Shown: one piece after another, positions 11,101-23,089 of the stretch
Position numbering within the stretch: position 1 is the stretch's first letter
How the letters are laid out: each line of letters opens with the position of its first letter
Assembly (NCBI GenBank): GCA_010909165.1
Contig: MU008151.1
Span: 620,001-684,000 of the forward strand
DNA length: 64,000 bases
DNA from: Anthoceros angustus
Lineage: Eukaryota > Plantae > Anthocerotophyta
Direction: 5' to 3'
Position numbers and translations under genes: made by a program
Notes under the pieces: model-generated
Seen by the model: only the letters and a program-made list of their open reading frames with translations
Database searches by the model: none
Told to the model about the DNA's origin: nothing

Positions 11101-12650
11101 AGAACAATGATGCATTCGAGGGAAGGTACATGGAGGAGTTTGTGATACAGCGCCCACGGTCGAGGGAAAAAGTGCGGCGATCAAAGAATGGAGGCGAGGG
11201 CGTCGGGAGAAGCATTTGCAAAGCCTCAACTTCCCGAGACAAATGTGCTGGCCTATGATTTGTGACAAGGAACAAGGCGTTGCGAGGGCGACAATGAAGC
11301 GATAAAGACCAAAGTCTTTGAGTTGCGGAGCCGGTGATGAACCGGCGAGACTTCCGCCGGTGACACGAATGTCATGCCCAAGACATGATTGACTCGGAAG
11401 ACCTCGACAATGTGGAATCAACGGATGAGTCCACGACGTGGTGGTGGACCCGGATGGTCCGGACTCAACTTTGGTTGATCCGCAATGGCGGATTTTTGGA
11501 CATGGTCGGAGGTGTACAGGGCACATCAGTGCGGAGGGAGGGCAAGGCGAGGCTCGGTCGAGGTTGTGTGAAGGAGATTGAGGAGGGAATGATGGTTCTG
11601 TCAAGCGGGATGATCCAGGGCGACCATTCGGCTCGCAAAAGTGGTGGAGGTGGACCATGATGTTGGGGTCCCTTTCATGATAGTTCATTGGTGGCGGACA
11701 GAGAACAATGATGCATTCGAGGGAAGGTACATGGAGGAGTTTGTGATACAGCGCCCACCGGTCGAGGGAAAAAGTGCGGCGATCAAAGAATGGAGGCGAG
11801 GGCGTCGGGAGAAGCATTTGCAAAGCCTCAACTTCCCGAGACAAATGTGCTGGCCTATGATTTTGTGACAAGGAACAAGGCGTTGCGAGGGCGACAATGA
11901 AGCGATAAAGACCAAAGTCTTTGAGTTGCGGAGCCGGTGATGAACCGGCGAGACTTCCGCCGGTGACACGAATGTCATGCCCAAGACATGATTGACTCGG
12001 AAGACCTCGACAATGTGGAATCAACGGATGAGTCCACGACGTGGTGGTGGACCCGGATGGTCCGGACTCAACTTTGGTTGATCCGCAATGGCAGATTTTT
12101 GGACATGGTCGGAGGTGTACAGGGCACATCAGTGCGGAGGGAGGGCAAGGCGAGGCTCGGTCGAGGTTGTGTGAAGGAGATTGAGGAGGGAATGATGGTT
12201 CTGTCAAGCGGGATGATCCGGAGACCATTCGGCTCGCAAAAGTGGTGGAGGTGGACCATGATCGGGGTCCCTTTCATGATAGTTCATTGGTGGCGGACAG
12301 AGAACAATGATGCATTCGAGGGAAGGTACATGGAGGAGTTTGTGATGGGGCGCCCACCGGTCGAGGGAAAAAGTGCGGCGATCAAAGAATGGAGGCGGAG
12401 GCGTCGGGAGAAGCATTTGCAAAGCCTCAACTTCCCGAGACAAATGTGCTGGCCTATGATTTGACAAGGAACAAGGCGTTGCGAGGGCGACAATGAAGGC
12501 GATAAAGACCAAAGTCTTTGAGTTGCGTCGAGCCGGTGATGAACCGGCGAGACTTCCGCCGGTGACACGAATGTCATGCCATGATTGACTCGGAAGACCT
12601 CGACAATGTGGAATCAACGGATGAGTCCACGACGTGGTGGTGGACCGGTG
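8200..12650 (+). mobile_element. Degenerate Sola-like DDD DNA transposase
   Basis: Motifs: VCVRAF (about 9265), VKIPRLRFSICH (about 9565), IAIDGMDQK (9903), LYLRMDNTAQNKNR (10110), KIKVGFLLVGHT..IDQMFSRFS (10200-10265) and DFKTYL..HQFKI. The D..D..D spacing and the DN..NKN and GHT..ID..F motifs match Sola-type transposases. Several frameshifts; termini not identified. Confidence 0.7.
10863..12650. repeat. Three tandem copies of about 600 bp at the transposase 3' end
   Basis: gactcaactttggttgatccgcaatgg starts at 10863, 11462 and 12065. Repeated ORFs MIDSEDLDNVESTDES start at 11385, 11988 and 12581. Confidence 0.95.
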
Positions 12651-15126
12651 GATGGTCGGACTGCGAGGAGCCGGATGGGCAACCTAATATTGTCAACTTT
12701 CCGTTCCTTGTACCAGGGCGTTATGTCCCCTCGGGCTTGAATGCGATGGATTGTTTTCGTCTTTTCGTGAAAGGTTTAACACTTGCCATCGGCATCATCT
12801 GTTGTAGGAAGTTGGCGGTGTGATAATGTCCGGAGCATGTAAGCGGCGACTATGTCGAAACCAGATCCAATGTGGTGCTCTAATTTTCTAACAATGTTAC
12901 GGTGGTTTTGTCCGGTTGAGAGCGGCAGGTTTCAATGGTGATCATGCGGTCATCTATGTTCGACCTTGCGGTGTGGCGAAGTGTTCCCAGAGGATGGTCA
13001 CAGCCACAAGATGTCCGTGGCAAAGGTATGTATGCCGCAGCAAGTGCGGCAATGTTTGTTTTCGGTTCTAGTTAGGGACCGCCTAATGACTATGGGGGGG
13101 GGGGTCGATCTCGGTGGCAGTTGGTGACGGGGCCACAGCGTAAAGCGTGACACGAAGACGGGCTCAAAAGCAGCGTCTTCCTCCACTTCCGCCACAGAGG
13201 TTGTCTTCCACCTCCTTTGTGGTTTGTGCACGCCGCGCTCATCCCTCCTCGAGCCGTCCTCACGCCATGCTCCTCCACCTCCTTCCGACCTCGTTGTGGG
13301 TTTTGCCTTTGTTTGCCTCTCCTTACGTCCCATCCATCCAACCTTCCCTTGAACTAACTCGCTGTTTGTTTCCGGATGAGGACTCGCAGAGGTGGCTACG
13401 AGTCACCACCTCGTATCACAAGGGAGGATGTGGAGGCAAAGCGGCCAAGAGAAGGATGGAAGTTGCCCATCCAGACTTGTGTGGAGGCCATTTGGGTCTC
13501 CAGTCTGCGTGGGCGGGGAAAGACGGTATGTGTGGCCATCTCCTTCCATGCAGAGGGTGGCGGTGGCATCGTAGATTTTCCAGATCTTTGCGGTAGGAAA
13601 AAGCCAAGGGTGGAAGAGGACTATAGGATAGCGAAGGAGGGGTTCACGGAGGCGAAGGGTGCAGCAACTCCAGACAGTGGCGGAGGAAGGAGGGTGAAGG
13701 AAGAGCACGAGGACTGTCCGGTCCCAATTGTTTAAAGCTTCCGTGACCTTGCGTGCCCGTGAGTCCATGCACACGACTTACGAATGAAGGTTCTGCAGAG
13801 GAGGCGCCGCGGGAGCGGGAGCTGGGTGGAAGTGAAGGAGGAGGCGGTAAGCACTTACCTCTGTTACCTTTTCGCTTGAGTTGAGCATGGTTGTCGTTGC
13901 ATGCACTAACGGGCTGTTCATTGTGGCGAGGCAGTGATGGGGACACCCTTGGCAAACCGGAGGAGCACAATTGGAGATAGGAGCGTGAAGTGGGTTACCT
14001 AGGTTTTTGCAAGCGATCACAGACTAGAAGCGGGGCGGGGGAAGAAAGGGAGGAGAGGGGGTTGGATGCTTCGTAGCTCGGCTTCACCGGGGTCGAGTTG
14101 GGGCAGCAATCACATGATTTTGTGTATGTCAAGTTTTAGCGTCGATGTGCAAGCCATGGTGCCGAAGTGAAGCGGAACGGGGTTTGAGTTTGGGGAATGC
14201 ACATTCGGGAATGTTTTCTCCAGGCCGGTTAACTATGAGCCAACGGTCAATGTCACATGGCATGGACTAGAGGCGGTTACATATGAACTACACCATAGCG
14301 GTTTTCCAATACTTTATTAGCGAAATGTATTCATCAGCATATACTTTGTACCTTGGGGATGTATATTTGAATAATATTATTCCATGTATTTTACATGAAT
14401 AACCCTAAGGCCCTAAGTGAGCCGCTAGTGATGCATTCTGTCAATTGTGTAACATGACGGTCTACACTTTTCCATATGCCGGTTTGTAAAGGTAGCTTTG
14501 GTCGTAATGTATCCCAAAAGTGACAGATTGAAATAAAGCCTAAATAAATGTTCTAGTCTGCACGCCATAAATTTATAAGGATCTCTACTTTTCTCCCGAA
14601 TGCCTCTTTTGTTTAACCATGAGACATCGAGGTGTGGAAATATTGCCAATAAATTTCAAGTTTTGATGAAGTGGAATGGGTTTGGAGTTATGATGAGTTG
14701 TATTTTTAATGTTCCTATGAACCCTCAAAATCAACGTTAGGGTTTCTTGATTGCAAATTTTGATGACATATTTGGCCCGTCCCCGGAAAGTGGAGTGTGT
14801 CACTAGCCCTAAGGAGACCCTGTTTGAGTGCTCAAGGACAAACTAGTAAACGTATCGTGGACGTGTACAAAGTATGTACGTTATTCCGTATGACGTATAT
14901 GCTTATTTTATATAAAATAGAATATGACCATATATCACAGAAATTACCATATAGTATATGTTACCATGAACAATACGTGTATTTTACAAATAATATATTC
15001 ATACATGTATTTATATATATGTATATTCATACAAGTATCGGTGGGAACTACTAAGTAAAACTAGGTATTCTATAGGGTAATAGTGATAAAGAAGAAGGTA
15101 GATGGGGAGGAGGTTCGGTGCAAGCG

Positions 15127-15403
15127 CACTGCAAAATTGTAACAAAATTTTGATGTAACACTTTGGTTGTTGCAATTAATTTGAAATTTTAAGAGGGGAC
15201 ACAAACCACCTCTCACTACATTGCAACATGGTGCAACAAAGCTGTAACATGACTATAACAAGGTGGAGGTTGGTTTCCAAAACCCTAAGCTATGTGAGGG
15301 GTCCCAAAAGTGTAACAAGACCCCAAGATTTTAACATAATTGCAACAAAGGGGTCCAAATCTTAACATAAAATTGTAACAACATGGCGCCTTTTCTAGTA
15401 GGG
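15127..15403. mobile_element. Small CACTA-like non-autonomous element or terminus
   Basis: Starts cactgcaaaa and ends cgccttttctagtaggg, one mismatch from ..TTTTCTAGTAGTG. Dense TGTAACA/TGCAACA subterminal-type motifs. No 3-bp TSD found. Confidence 0.35.
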
Positions 15404-18400
15404 ACTAAATGACTCGCGCAGCGCCAAAATCCTACGAACTACCAGTCGAGCCTTATATCTATCAAAAGTCCAATCGGACTTAAACTTTCAACTTAAAGAC
15501 CCATTTACATGAGACTAGCTTCCTGCCTGGAGGTAAGGGTGCGAGTTCCCATGTGTCATTTTAACATGATCATACTCGGGGCCACGAGCGCCTTTTCCCA
15601 TTCCTTGTGATCGGGTGCACATGCCTCGGCCAAGAGTTTGCGAATCTAAAGGATGTGACGAATCTTGTCTTGTCATCTGTGAATGTCACGAAATACTTGC
15701 CACCTGTTGAGAAAGAGGGCCATAGAGGTTTGTGTGTACAAGTTTAAGCACTTCAAAGGCTTGATGGGAAGCCTGATTCTTGAAGGCAGCTTGGTGTTTC
15801 TTAGAGAGAACACAAGCTTCACATAAAGGCAAGGATGTAAAAGTCCCTATAGGTCCGTCCTTTTATAGATCACTAGTGGCGAGCTCCTGTAATTTTGCAT
15901 TATGTGGTTGACCTAACCGAGCATGCCACAACTGAGTCTTTGCAACCCGTTGTGCAGAGGTTTGGGGAGCGGTGACTATGAACAAGAGGGGCACCTTTCA
16001 AGCTATCACACGAGGTGCAAGCCCGAGAAAAGTTCATGATCCAAAGAGCCATAAGCAAGAATCTTCCTATGCTCAAAAGAATCTATGACTTGACATTCTA
16101 TTGTGGTAAATAAGACATGTGTATTCCCTAAGGCTTAGCAAGCTTGCTTGCTTGTGAAGCCCTTTGGGCTTCTTGATATACATATATTTTTATTAAGGAA
16201 AGAATTGTCTGCATTCAACTTCCTCACAAAAATGAGATTCCATGTCATTTTAGGGACGTAGTAAACATCCGTGTTGCAAAGACAAGACTAGAAGGACCCA
16301 TTGACTATCTCTGGGACTTGTGAAAATCGCCGCCTAGGTAAATATACTGATTAGCAACTGACCTGTATGTGTGAAATGCGTTTCTGTCAAAACATATGTG
16401 TGCTGTAGTGCCAGTGTCTAGATACCAATCTCTTAGTAGTCTAATGTCTGGCTTTGTTGACAGGCATGTGGGAAGCAAGAACGGACGTGCAAACTCCCTT
16501 GTGCCAACTGTGAGGGCAGAAGGAGTTGGCTTCTTCTTCACCACAACGTGAGTCTCAAGGTTGGTGGAGCCTTCCTTGCAAGGGATCCCACCCTGTTTCT
16601 TCCTTGCAAGCCTCCTCGATTATTACTGGCAGAACCTCGGAATTTCGGTCTTGTACCTTTTCCTCGGTTTGACGTGTACAGTGCTTGTTGTTTCCTTGCA
16701 CGCCTATGTTGGCCCCTGCTTGCCTCTTCTTGCATTAGGGCTCCCACTACTTCAGCAAAGCTCATCTTGGGTAAGTCCAACTTGGCGATCTGTGCTAACT
16801 TAGCGACTTGGGTTTATGCGGCTGTGTGAGACGTCACGAAGTGTGACCAAGACTCTGGGAGTGAAAGCATGAGGGCCATGCAGAGGTCCTCATCATCCAT
16901 CGTCTTTCTTGAAGAGCTCTCACATTTAGCAGCTAAGGATCTAAATACACCAACACGTTTTTCTATTGAGTCACTTTCTTTCATCTTGTAATTCTGAAAG
17001 TTTCTCATAGCTGCTATAATAAAACTTATGACATTTCGTGTTGAATACAGGTTCTCCAACCTTGTCCAAATCTCCGCTGCTGACTAAGCCCCACTAGTCT
17101 ACCTCAACATTTCAGATGTTAGGCCATTGCGTATAAGGTACATGGCTGCGTTGTTCCTGACTAACCATGCTTCAGCAGCTTTCGATTTTTCATCATCAGG
17201 TTTTCTTTCCTCACCCTTTGTGAGTTTCCATAACCTGCGATTTGGGAGTGCTCCTTGCATCCGAATCACCCAAATATCATAATCGGTTCCGTTAGCCGAT
17301 CTTTCTTATGAAAACCATCATCGGCTATACTTGACGTATCAGCCATCCTGGGTATTACAGGTATTACTGTGTTACCAAAACTAAGTGATGATCCTGCTGA
17401 TTGAGTGCCTTGATTACTTACTGTATCAGGTTGATCCTCTTGTCCGAAGTTAAAAGAGGATCCTCTGCTGCCATGCAACAAGTTTACAGCACTTGATGGT
17501 GATTGTCACCAAATTTAAAGGTATGTTCGGCAACTGTCTGCCTTTGCCTGATTTTTGCCTACCGTATTTCCCATCTGTTATTTGCGTATGTAGAACATGA
17601 GGGATAGGCATGAGGTGTATCAAACTTCTTACTGCGGTTGAATTGGTGCGCGGTTTTGCCAGCAATCCCTCTGAAGATCGGATTCTTCAACAACTCAGGC
17701 TTAATAAGGGTTAGTAACTTGAAATCAATATGCTCAATTTGGTCCTTCAAGTCTTGTACATCAACACTTACTGCTGTGATATTCTGACTGATATTTTCTT
17801 AGCGAGAATTTACATGCTGATCATGTGCTTCGATTCTCTGAACTAGTGTGCTCACAAGAGTTTGTGGAGCGACGTGTGTAGTCAGGAAGCCTCGTGGGTT
17901 GCCACGGCCATCAAACGCACACGTTACACGAACTTCAAGTAAATTCTGTTGATTGCGAGGGGGGAGAGCAAATGCCAAATTGCGTTCACTAGGAAATAGC
18001 CTATCAATTATTGTGTTGAATGCCTCCTTCAATTCAGCAATTTGCATAAGTAGGTTTTGGTTCTTGTGACTCCATTCATACACTCTGCGATGTAATTGAT
18101 GAGCAGGTGACAACCTATCAAGATTCCTACACCAATTTCTTCTATTTGGGATCAATTCAGCAAGCAGCAATTGCCTCTGCTGATCCTCCAAGTCGGCCAT
18201 TGCATTTGGCCTGGATTTGTATTTTCTAAAATGCAGAAACAATGCTTTTTTTTTTGTAATTTCTATAAACAATTTCTGCCAATAAGGCAGTTGTCCATCA
18301 GAATTGTTTTGTGAAAGCAATGTGATGGAGGTGCACTAGGATAAATGCCGTAAATACAGATTCTTCATAGAATTTATACAAGAAATTAATACAAATGTAT

Positions 18401-18530
18401 TTTCTTATTCTATTTTGTTTTCTTGAAATTATACTTAATTTCTAAACAAGAAATTAATAAATATACATTTTTCTACATATTTTTCAATGCACAAGATTGT
18501 GTACATCTTCTCAAATGTAATCTACATAGT

Positions 18531-18542
18531 GCTCTGATACCA
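18531..18542 (-). promoter_or_regulatory. Primer-binding site (tRNA-iMet) of the Copia
   Basis: gctctgatacca is the reverse complement of TGGTATCAGAGC. Confidence 0.85.
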
Positions 18543-18544
18543 CG

Positions 18545-18811
18545 TCAATTTTATAGGACCTGGTCTATGCACACCAATTACTTCATATAATTTAAGCAAT
18601 TACACATTAAATCATCAAGAAAAGAATATGTATATAAAGCTAAGTAAAAGCAACTTAAAACTAGAATGAATGGACAAATCTATCTTAACATGACTCTCCA
18701 TTTACGGGTGTGACCCTAATGAAAAGATGTGACCCTTGATTAATATCTAGAAATAATAATCAATATATAAATACCTTATTTAAAACCCTAAACCCTAGAT
18801 ATGCGTCAACA
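18545..18811 (-). repeat. Putative 5' LTR of the Copia (about 270 bp)
   Basis: Begins TGTTGACG on the minus strand at 18811 and abuts the PBS. Contains aaaccctaaaccctag. No partner LTR in the window. Confidence 0.6.
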
Positions 18812-18814
18812 CAT

Positions 18815-19760
18815 CTATGGTATTCTTAATTTAGCATAGGCCTTGATGAACCTAGAGAAATCCTTGCCCATGGCCCAGTGAGTCTCGACGGCAAGGGGGA
18901 TGAAGGCATAGCCCTTCTTGCATGGGTGAGTACTTGTGAACCTTCGTTGTCGCGCATCCCTCCGCCACCCAACCTGGAGGGTCGATGATGACATGAGAGA
19001 CGGTGTCCCGGATAGGGTCTGTTATGACCACATCTGCAACGAAAACCTAGTCCCCCCAAGTAAAAAATAAATCAAGCCTGAGACAAATGCCGTTGAGCAG
19101 GATATATAGGCATTCCCTTTAGGAAAAGAAACCGCTCTCCTTGGCCATCGAGAACATGACGTCGCGGACAGTGTGATGCGTAGCAATGCACTGCCCGCCA
19201 GGTGGTCAGCGAGCCAGATGGATCCCAGAGTCGTCAAGAGGGGCGCCATGGCGACAGGTCTAAAGAAAGCAGGATAGAGGTTGGACCAAACCCAAGTGGA
19301 ACCTCATCGTAGTAGAAAAAGAAGCCAATACGATTTGGAATACCTTGAAGAAAGGTCGGGCTAAAAGCCATGAGCTTGCTCCCTTCCCTGAGCAAGAGCG
19401 GAGGCGAGCTCGAGGTGGGCAAAGAATGGAGGAATCCAGGAGCAGAGCTAGCTACGCCTGCCCATACTGCTTCTAATCCTAGCCTGGAGGGAGGCCAGAA
19501 GTCCATGCAGCCCGTCCGCAGAGAACTAGGACGAATGCGGTATGACTGCCCTAGCCTCAGAGAATAGAACACCCCTAGCCAATCTTAAGGACAAGCCTGC
19601 AAGGGGAAGGCACCCTCCCCAACGCTCGAGGCGAAGGCCTCCAAGGTGCGGGAATCCCTAGCGAATTAGGAAACAAGAGGCCTAGATGCGAGTTGAGAGG
19701 GCCTAGCTTCCTGTGGAATGGGGTTTTTGCATCTAAAGACGCAAGGAGGCCACATTTACC
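18815..19760 (-). mobile_element. CRE-type non-LTR retrotransposon, 3' part with restriction-like endonuclease (degenerate)
   Basis: Stitched translation gives RL..V..GVASSA..LHSLP, DSGIHLA..HHTVRDVMFSMAKESGF and KYSPMQEGYAFIPLAVETHWAMGKDFSRFIK. Nucleotide similarity to 49150-49230 is evident. Confidence 0.7.
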
Positions 19761-19765
19761 CCCTA

Positions 19766-22005
19766 TGTCGTTATAGTCCTAGGATTCGATCCCAAGGGAA
19801 TGGTTTTGTATCAAGATGTTCCAAAACTATGGATTCTAGTCCTCCTACAATCAGTTCCTACCCAGCCACAATCAACTACCGTGTCCGAACCCACGACCGT
19901 GGTAAGTTCGACCACCGCCGTGGTGGGTTCGGCCACCGTGGTGGGACCCACCCGACCGGCGCGCGCGTGCGTCGCGATCGACTATTTGGCGCCCGGTTCC
20001 CTGCTACGCTCGTTAAGGGCTATGGTCCTATGCACACAGGTTCACATGTACACCAAGTCGCACTCATGTGGATTCACACCCAGAGCTCACTGGTGGATGC
20101 ACACCATGGCCACGCACACCGCGGCACCTCACTCCATCGCTGATTTCCTCTGATCCCACAATTTATTCCAAACCTTCCTCAGCGTTCCACGTTTTCCAGA
20201 CTCTCGCACTCACCACTTCCTAGACTCCCCTTCACACAACGACTCCCTCACCCCCTTTCTTCTAGGACCTCATACACCACCGCGCACAAGATGTTCCCAC
20301 GGATCCTCCTCTCTCAGGCCACACAGACCTCTCTTGGGCCACACAGACCCCTCCTTGGGACCTCATACACCACCGCGCACAAGATGTTCCCACAGATCCT
20401 CCTCTCTCAGGCCACACAGACCTCTCTTGGGCCACACAGACACCTCCTTGGGACCTCATACACCACCGCGCACAAGATGTCTCGGCAGCCTCCTCCTCTC
20501 TGTGCCACATTGCACTCCTCTCTCAGCCACAGACCTCTTTGGGACCTCATACACCACCGTGCACAAGATGTTCCCGCATCCTCCTCTCTCAGCCACAGAC
20601 CTCTCTTGGGCCACACAGACCCCTCCTTGGGCCACAGACCCCCCTTGGGCCACAGACCCCTTGGGCCACAGACCCCTCCTTGGGCCACAGACCCCTCCTT
20701 AGAATCGGACACAGGTTAGGCAGTGGGTTGGGGAAAGGAAAAAAAGCAAGTCGGCTCCCAGGCGGTTCGCACCAGCGATCTCACCCGGTCCCTGGGAATT
20801 TCCCTCTCTGGCATGCATTGAGCACCCTTCACCACTAGTCACCCCGGATGAGCTTGGTCACTCGGCTCTCGACCATCCGAGGATCTCCCGGCCCTCTTGT
20901 GACGAGAGGACGGCCACAATCAGCCATCATCGATCGGATGCCTCCAACCAACCACGCGCACAAATTCGACACAGAGCTCACACAGAAATTGTCTAACGAG
21001 AGAGACGCCAAGGGTCTCTTGTACATCGGCGGGCCTCAGCTCACTTTCCCGGTGTCTAAAGATGGCTAACCTACCTCCGGTGTCTAAAGATGGCTAACCT
21101 ACCACGAGCGCCTACCAATTGGATCTCTGGGTTCACAAGCTTCCTAGCACCTTATCCTCTAATCCAAGTGAAAGCCCGACCTATGATGCCACTCCTCTAA
21201 AATCAGCTGCCCGCCTGCTGTGCCAACCTCGCGCCCATGGGTGTTCCCCTGCCTCCTACCACGCCTATGATCCGGAAGATCCTCCTTAATATCTCCACCA
21301 CTCCCGCTTATCCGAGGTCCCTTCACTCCTCCTAGGAGGCGCCCCGCTATCCACCGCGCACGCTTCTCGCTCCTCATCACTGGACAGCCGTGCTTCCTCC
21401 ACCCACGCTCTAGCCTCCGCCTTTCTCATTTCCTCGAGCACAACTTTGTGAAGGTATGCCCGGCCCGTGGACAATCCTGGCTAACCGCTCGAACTGAGGG
21501 AGTTGCATCCTCCGCCGGGCTTTGACGGTGGCTTCCCCACCTTGGGATCCTTCTTCCGCGATGGTGGCCGGCTCCACCACCGTGGTGGCCGCCTCAACGG
21601 TGTTTCAGCCATCGGTGGTTGCTCCCTTCTGCCTCGCCTCTCTTGACCCCGGCCCTAGCCTCACCTCTCTCCGCTTATACCTCTCCGCTAGCTTCTTGAA
21701 CTTCTCCAGAGGTGCCGTCTCCACTTGTTCAGGCCCCTGTTCTTTGAATGAAGGATCCCCACCTTATATAGACAATTTTATTCCTAAAATCCCAAGGTCT
21801 AAGGACTCTCCCGGCTACATGTGTTCGTCCAAGGACTAATTATTTGTAAAAGTAATATTGTCATGGGCCAAGGACCACTTTTAGTACAAAAGGCCTTGCC
21901 TCGGACATTTTCTAAGCACCCCATCACACAAAACATAAGAAAAACAAAAAAAAAACATTCAAACCAACAGTCCAGGGGAGGGTTAGTGTACATGTGGTCT
22001 TCCAC
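19766..22005. mobile_element. LTR-element-derived insertion(s) splitting the CRE element
   Basis: TG..CA-like boundaries (tgtcg at 19766, ggctaca at about 21819, ttccaca at about 22004), a TATA-like tatata near 21765 and an internal minisatellite. The CRE reading frame stops and resumes across it. No TSD found. Confidence 0.4.
20265..20700. repeat. Compound minisatellite: 4 x about 93 bp, then about 5 x 17-19 bp
   Basis: ggacctcatacaccacc at 20265, 20358, 20451 and 20542, followed by ttgggccacagacccc units from about 20606 to 20700. Confidence 0.9.
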
Positions 22006-22530
22006 ACTTCCTATAAAGGCGGTGGCCTCTGTGGCCAACAGACCTGTGCCACCAAATGCAACATGTAGGAACGCTTGCCGCCGCGCCAAATCCCTTGCGG
22101 TGCACTCAAAGGTGCGTGGGCCGATGATGTCACCCAATGCCTGCATAACCTATTTGTCAAAGTCCCTTCAGCTAGACATAAAAGCCAGAGAGGGAGGTGC
22201 CGTTCGGATAAGGTATAATGCCGGCCAACGCGCGAAGTAGGAAGAAATGATTGCAAAAGGTAATCATGGTTGTGGGTCCCCCAACTAACCTAAAGAGAGG
22301 GATCGCCAATGTGACCCAAGTTTTCCTTCAAAGCCGCGTCCACGTTGTTAACATAGGAAGGCTAGGGGCCCCACCGCGACACTTAGAACACGAAGTCCCT
22401 TCGAAGAAACAGTATCCCCCTCTGGATATTGAAGAGAGGGCATAACACTTGAAGGGGACCAAACCCTGCACTTCAAGATCTTAACTTTCAGACCAAGGTG
22501 AAAGACCTCCGAGGAGAAGAAATAGTGTCT
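22006..22530 (-). mobile_element. CRE-type non-LTR retrotransposon, RT C-terminal part
   Basis: LGLKVKILKCRVWSP..GLRVLSVAVG (RT motifs 6/7), LKENLGHIGD and ARRQAFLHVAFGGTGL..ATAFIGS, typical of RLE-type elements. Confidence 0.7.
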
Positions 22531-23089
22531 CCCCGGCAAGGGGTTATTCTCCACTAAAGGGGTTTGGGTCCCTAAAGGCCAAAAATGACCCCCCAAAATG
22601 AACCAAAACACATCATCTCCAGAAAACCAACTATTTGGACATGTCCACAAAGACATTAATCAAATCATTAATCATCAAATCAATTATTTTTTTCACAAAC
22701 ACTTATGCTGATAGGTCTTAGCCGAAGAAGGTTCGCGGATTTTAGCTTCACAAGGAAGGGATTTTAAGGATATTGGACAGGTGTTGGGAATCCTAGACAC
22801 CTCTTTCGCAGGCGACAATACTTCCTAGCAGGGTGAATACTAGGCAAGCCAAGCCAAGCCAAACTACGTCGGACATCTGGCGCAACCGACAACGCAAAAA
22901 AAGAAACTCTCAAGTCGAAAAGAAGCAATTCCGTTGGACGTCCTGAGCAATTGTGAGAGGACATCAACCGACAGGTTGATAAGGGCCATCTTGAGAGGGA
23001 TAAACTACGACTTTGCCAAACAAACCCACCCACCAATAGTAGCTCGGTTGCCTTCAACTAAAAGTATGACATTTAATTCCTTCTTGTCG

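Larger units (their letters stand above)
15404..18811 (-). mobile_element. Ty1/Copia LTR retrotransposon, internally deleted and 3'-truncated
   Basis: Gag (AEIWTRLENLYS, LMLSLPESW, LMQEE; 16538-17200), protease WYLDTGTTAHIC (about 16400), DVYYVPKMTWNLIFVRKL, LWHARLG (about 15930), integrase KYFVTFTDDKTR (about 15680) and RT start SCKWVFKLK..DRYKARLV (15430-15520). Confidence 0.85.

Noticed and set aside
11074-12228. 384-aa minus-strand ORF
   Set aside because: It is the antisense reading of the 600-bp tandem repeat, is internally repeated and has no motifs.
18783-18798. Telomeric repeat as a CRE target site
   Set aside because: There are only two AAACCCT units and they lie inside the Copia LTR, not at the natural CRE 3' end.
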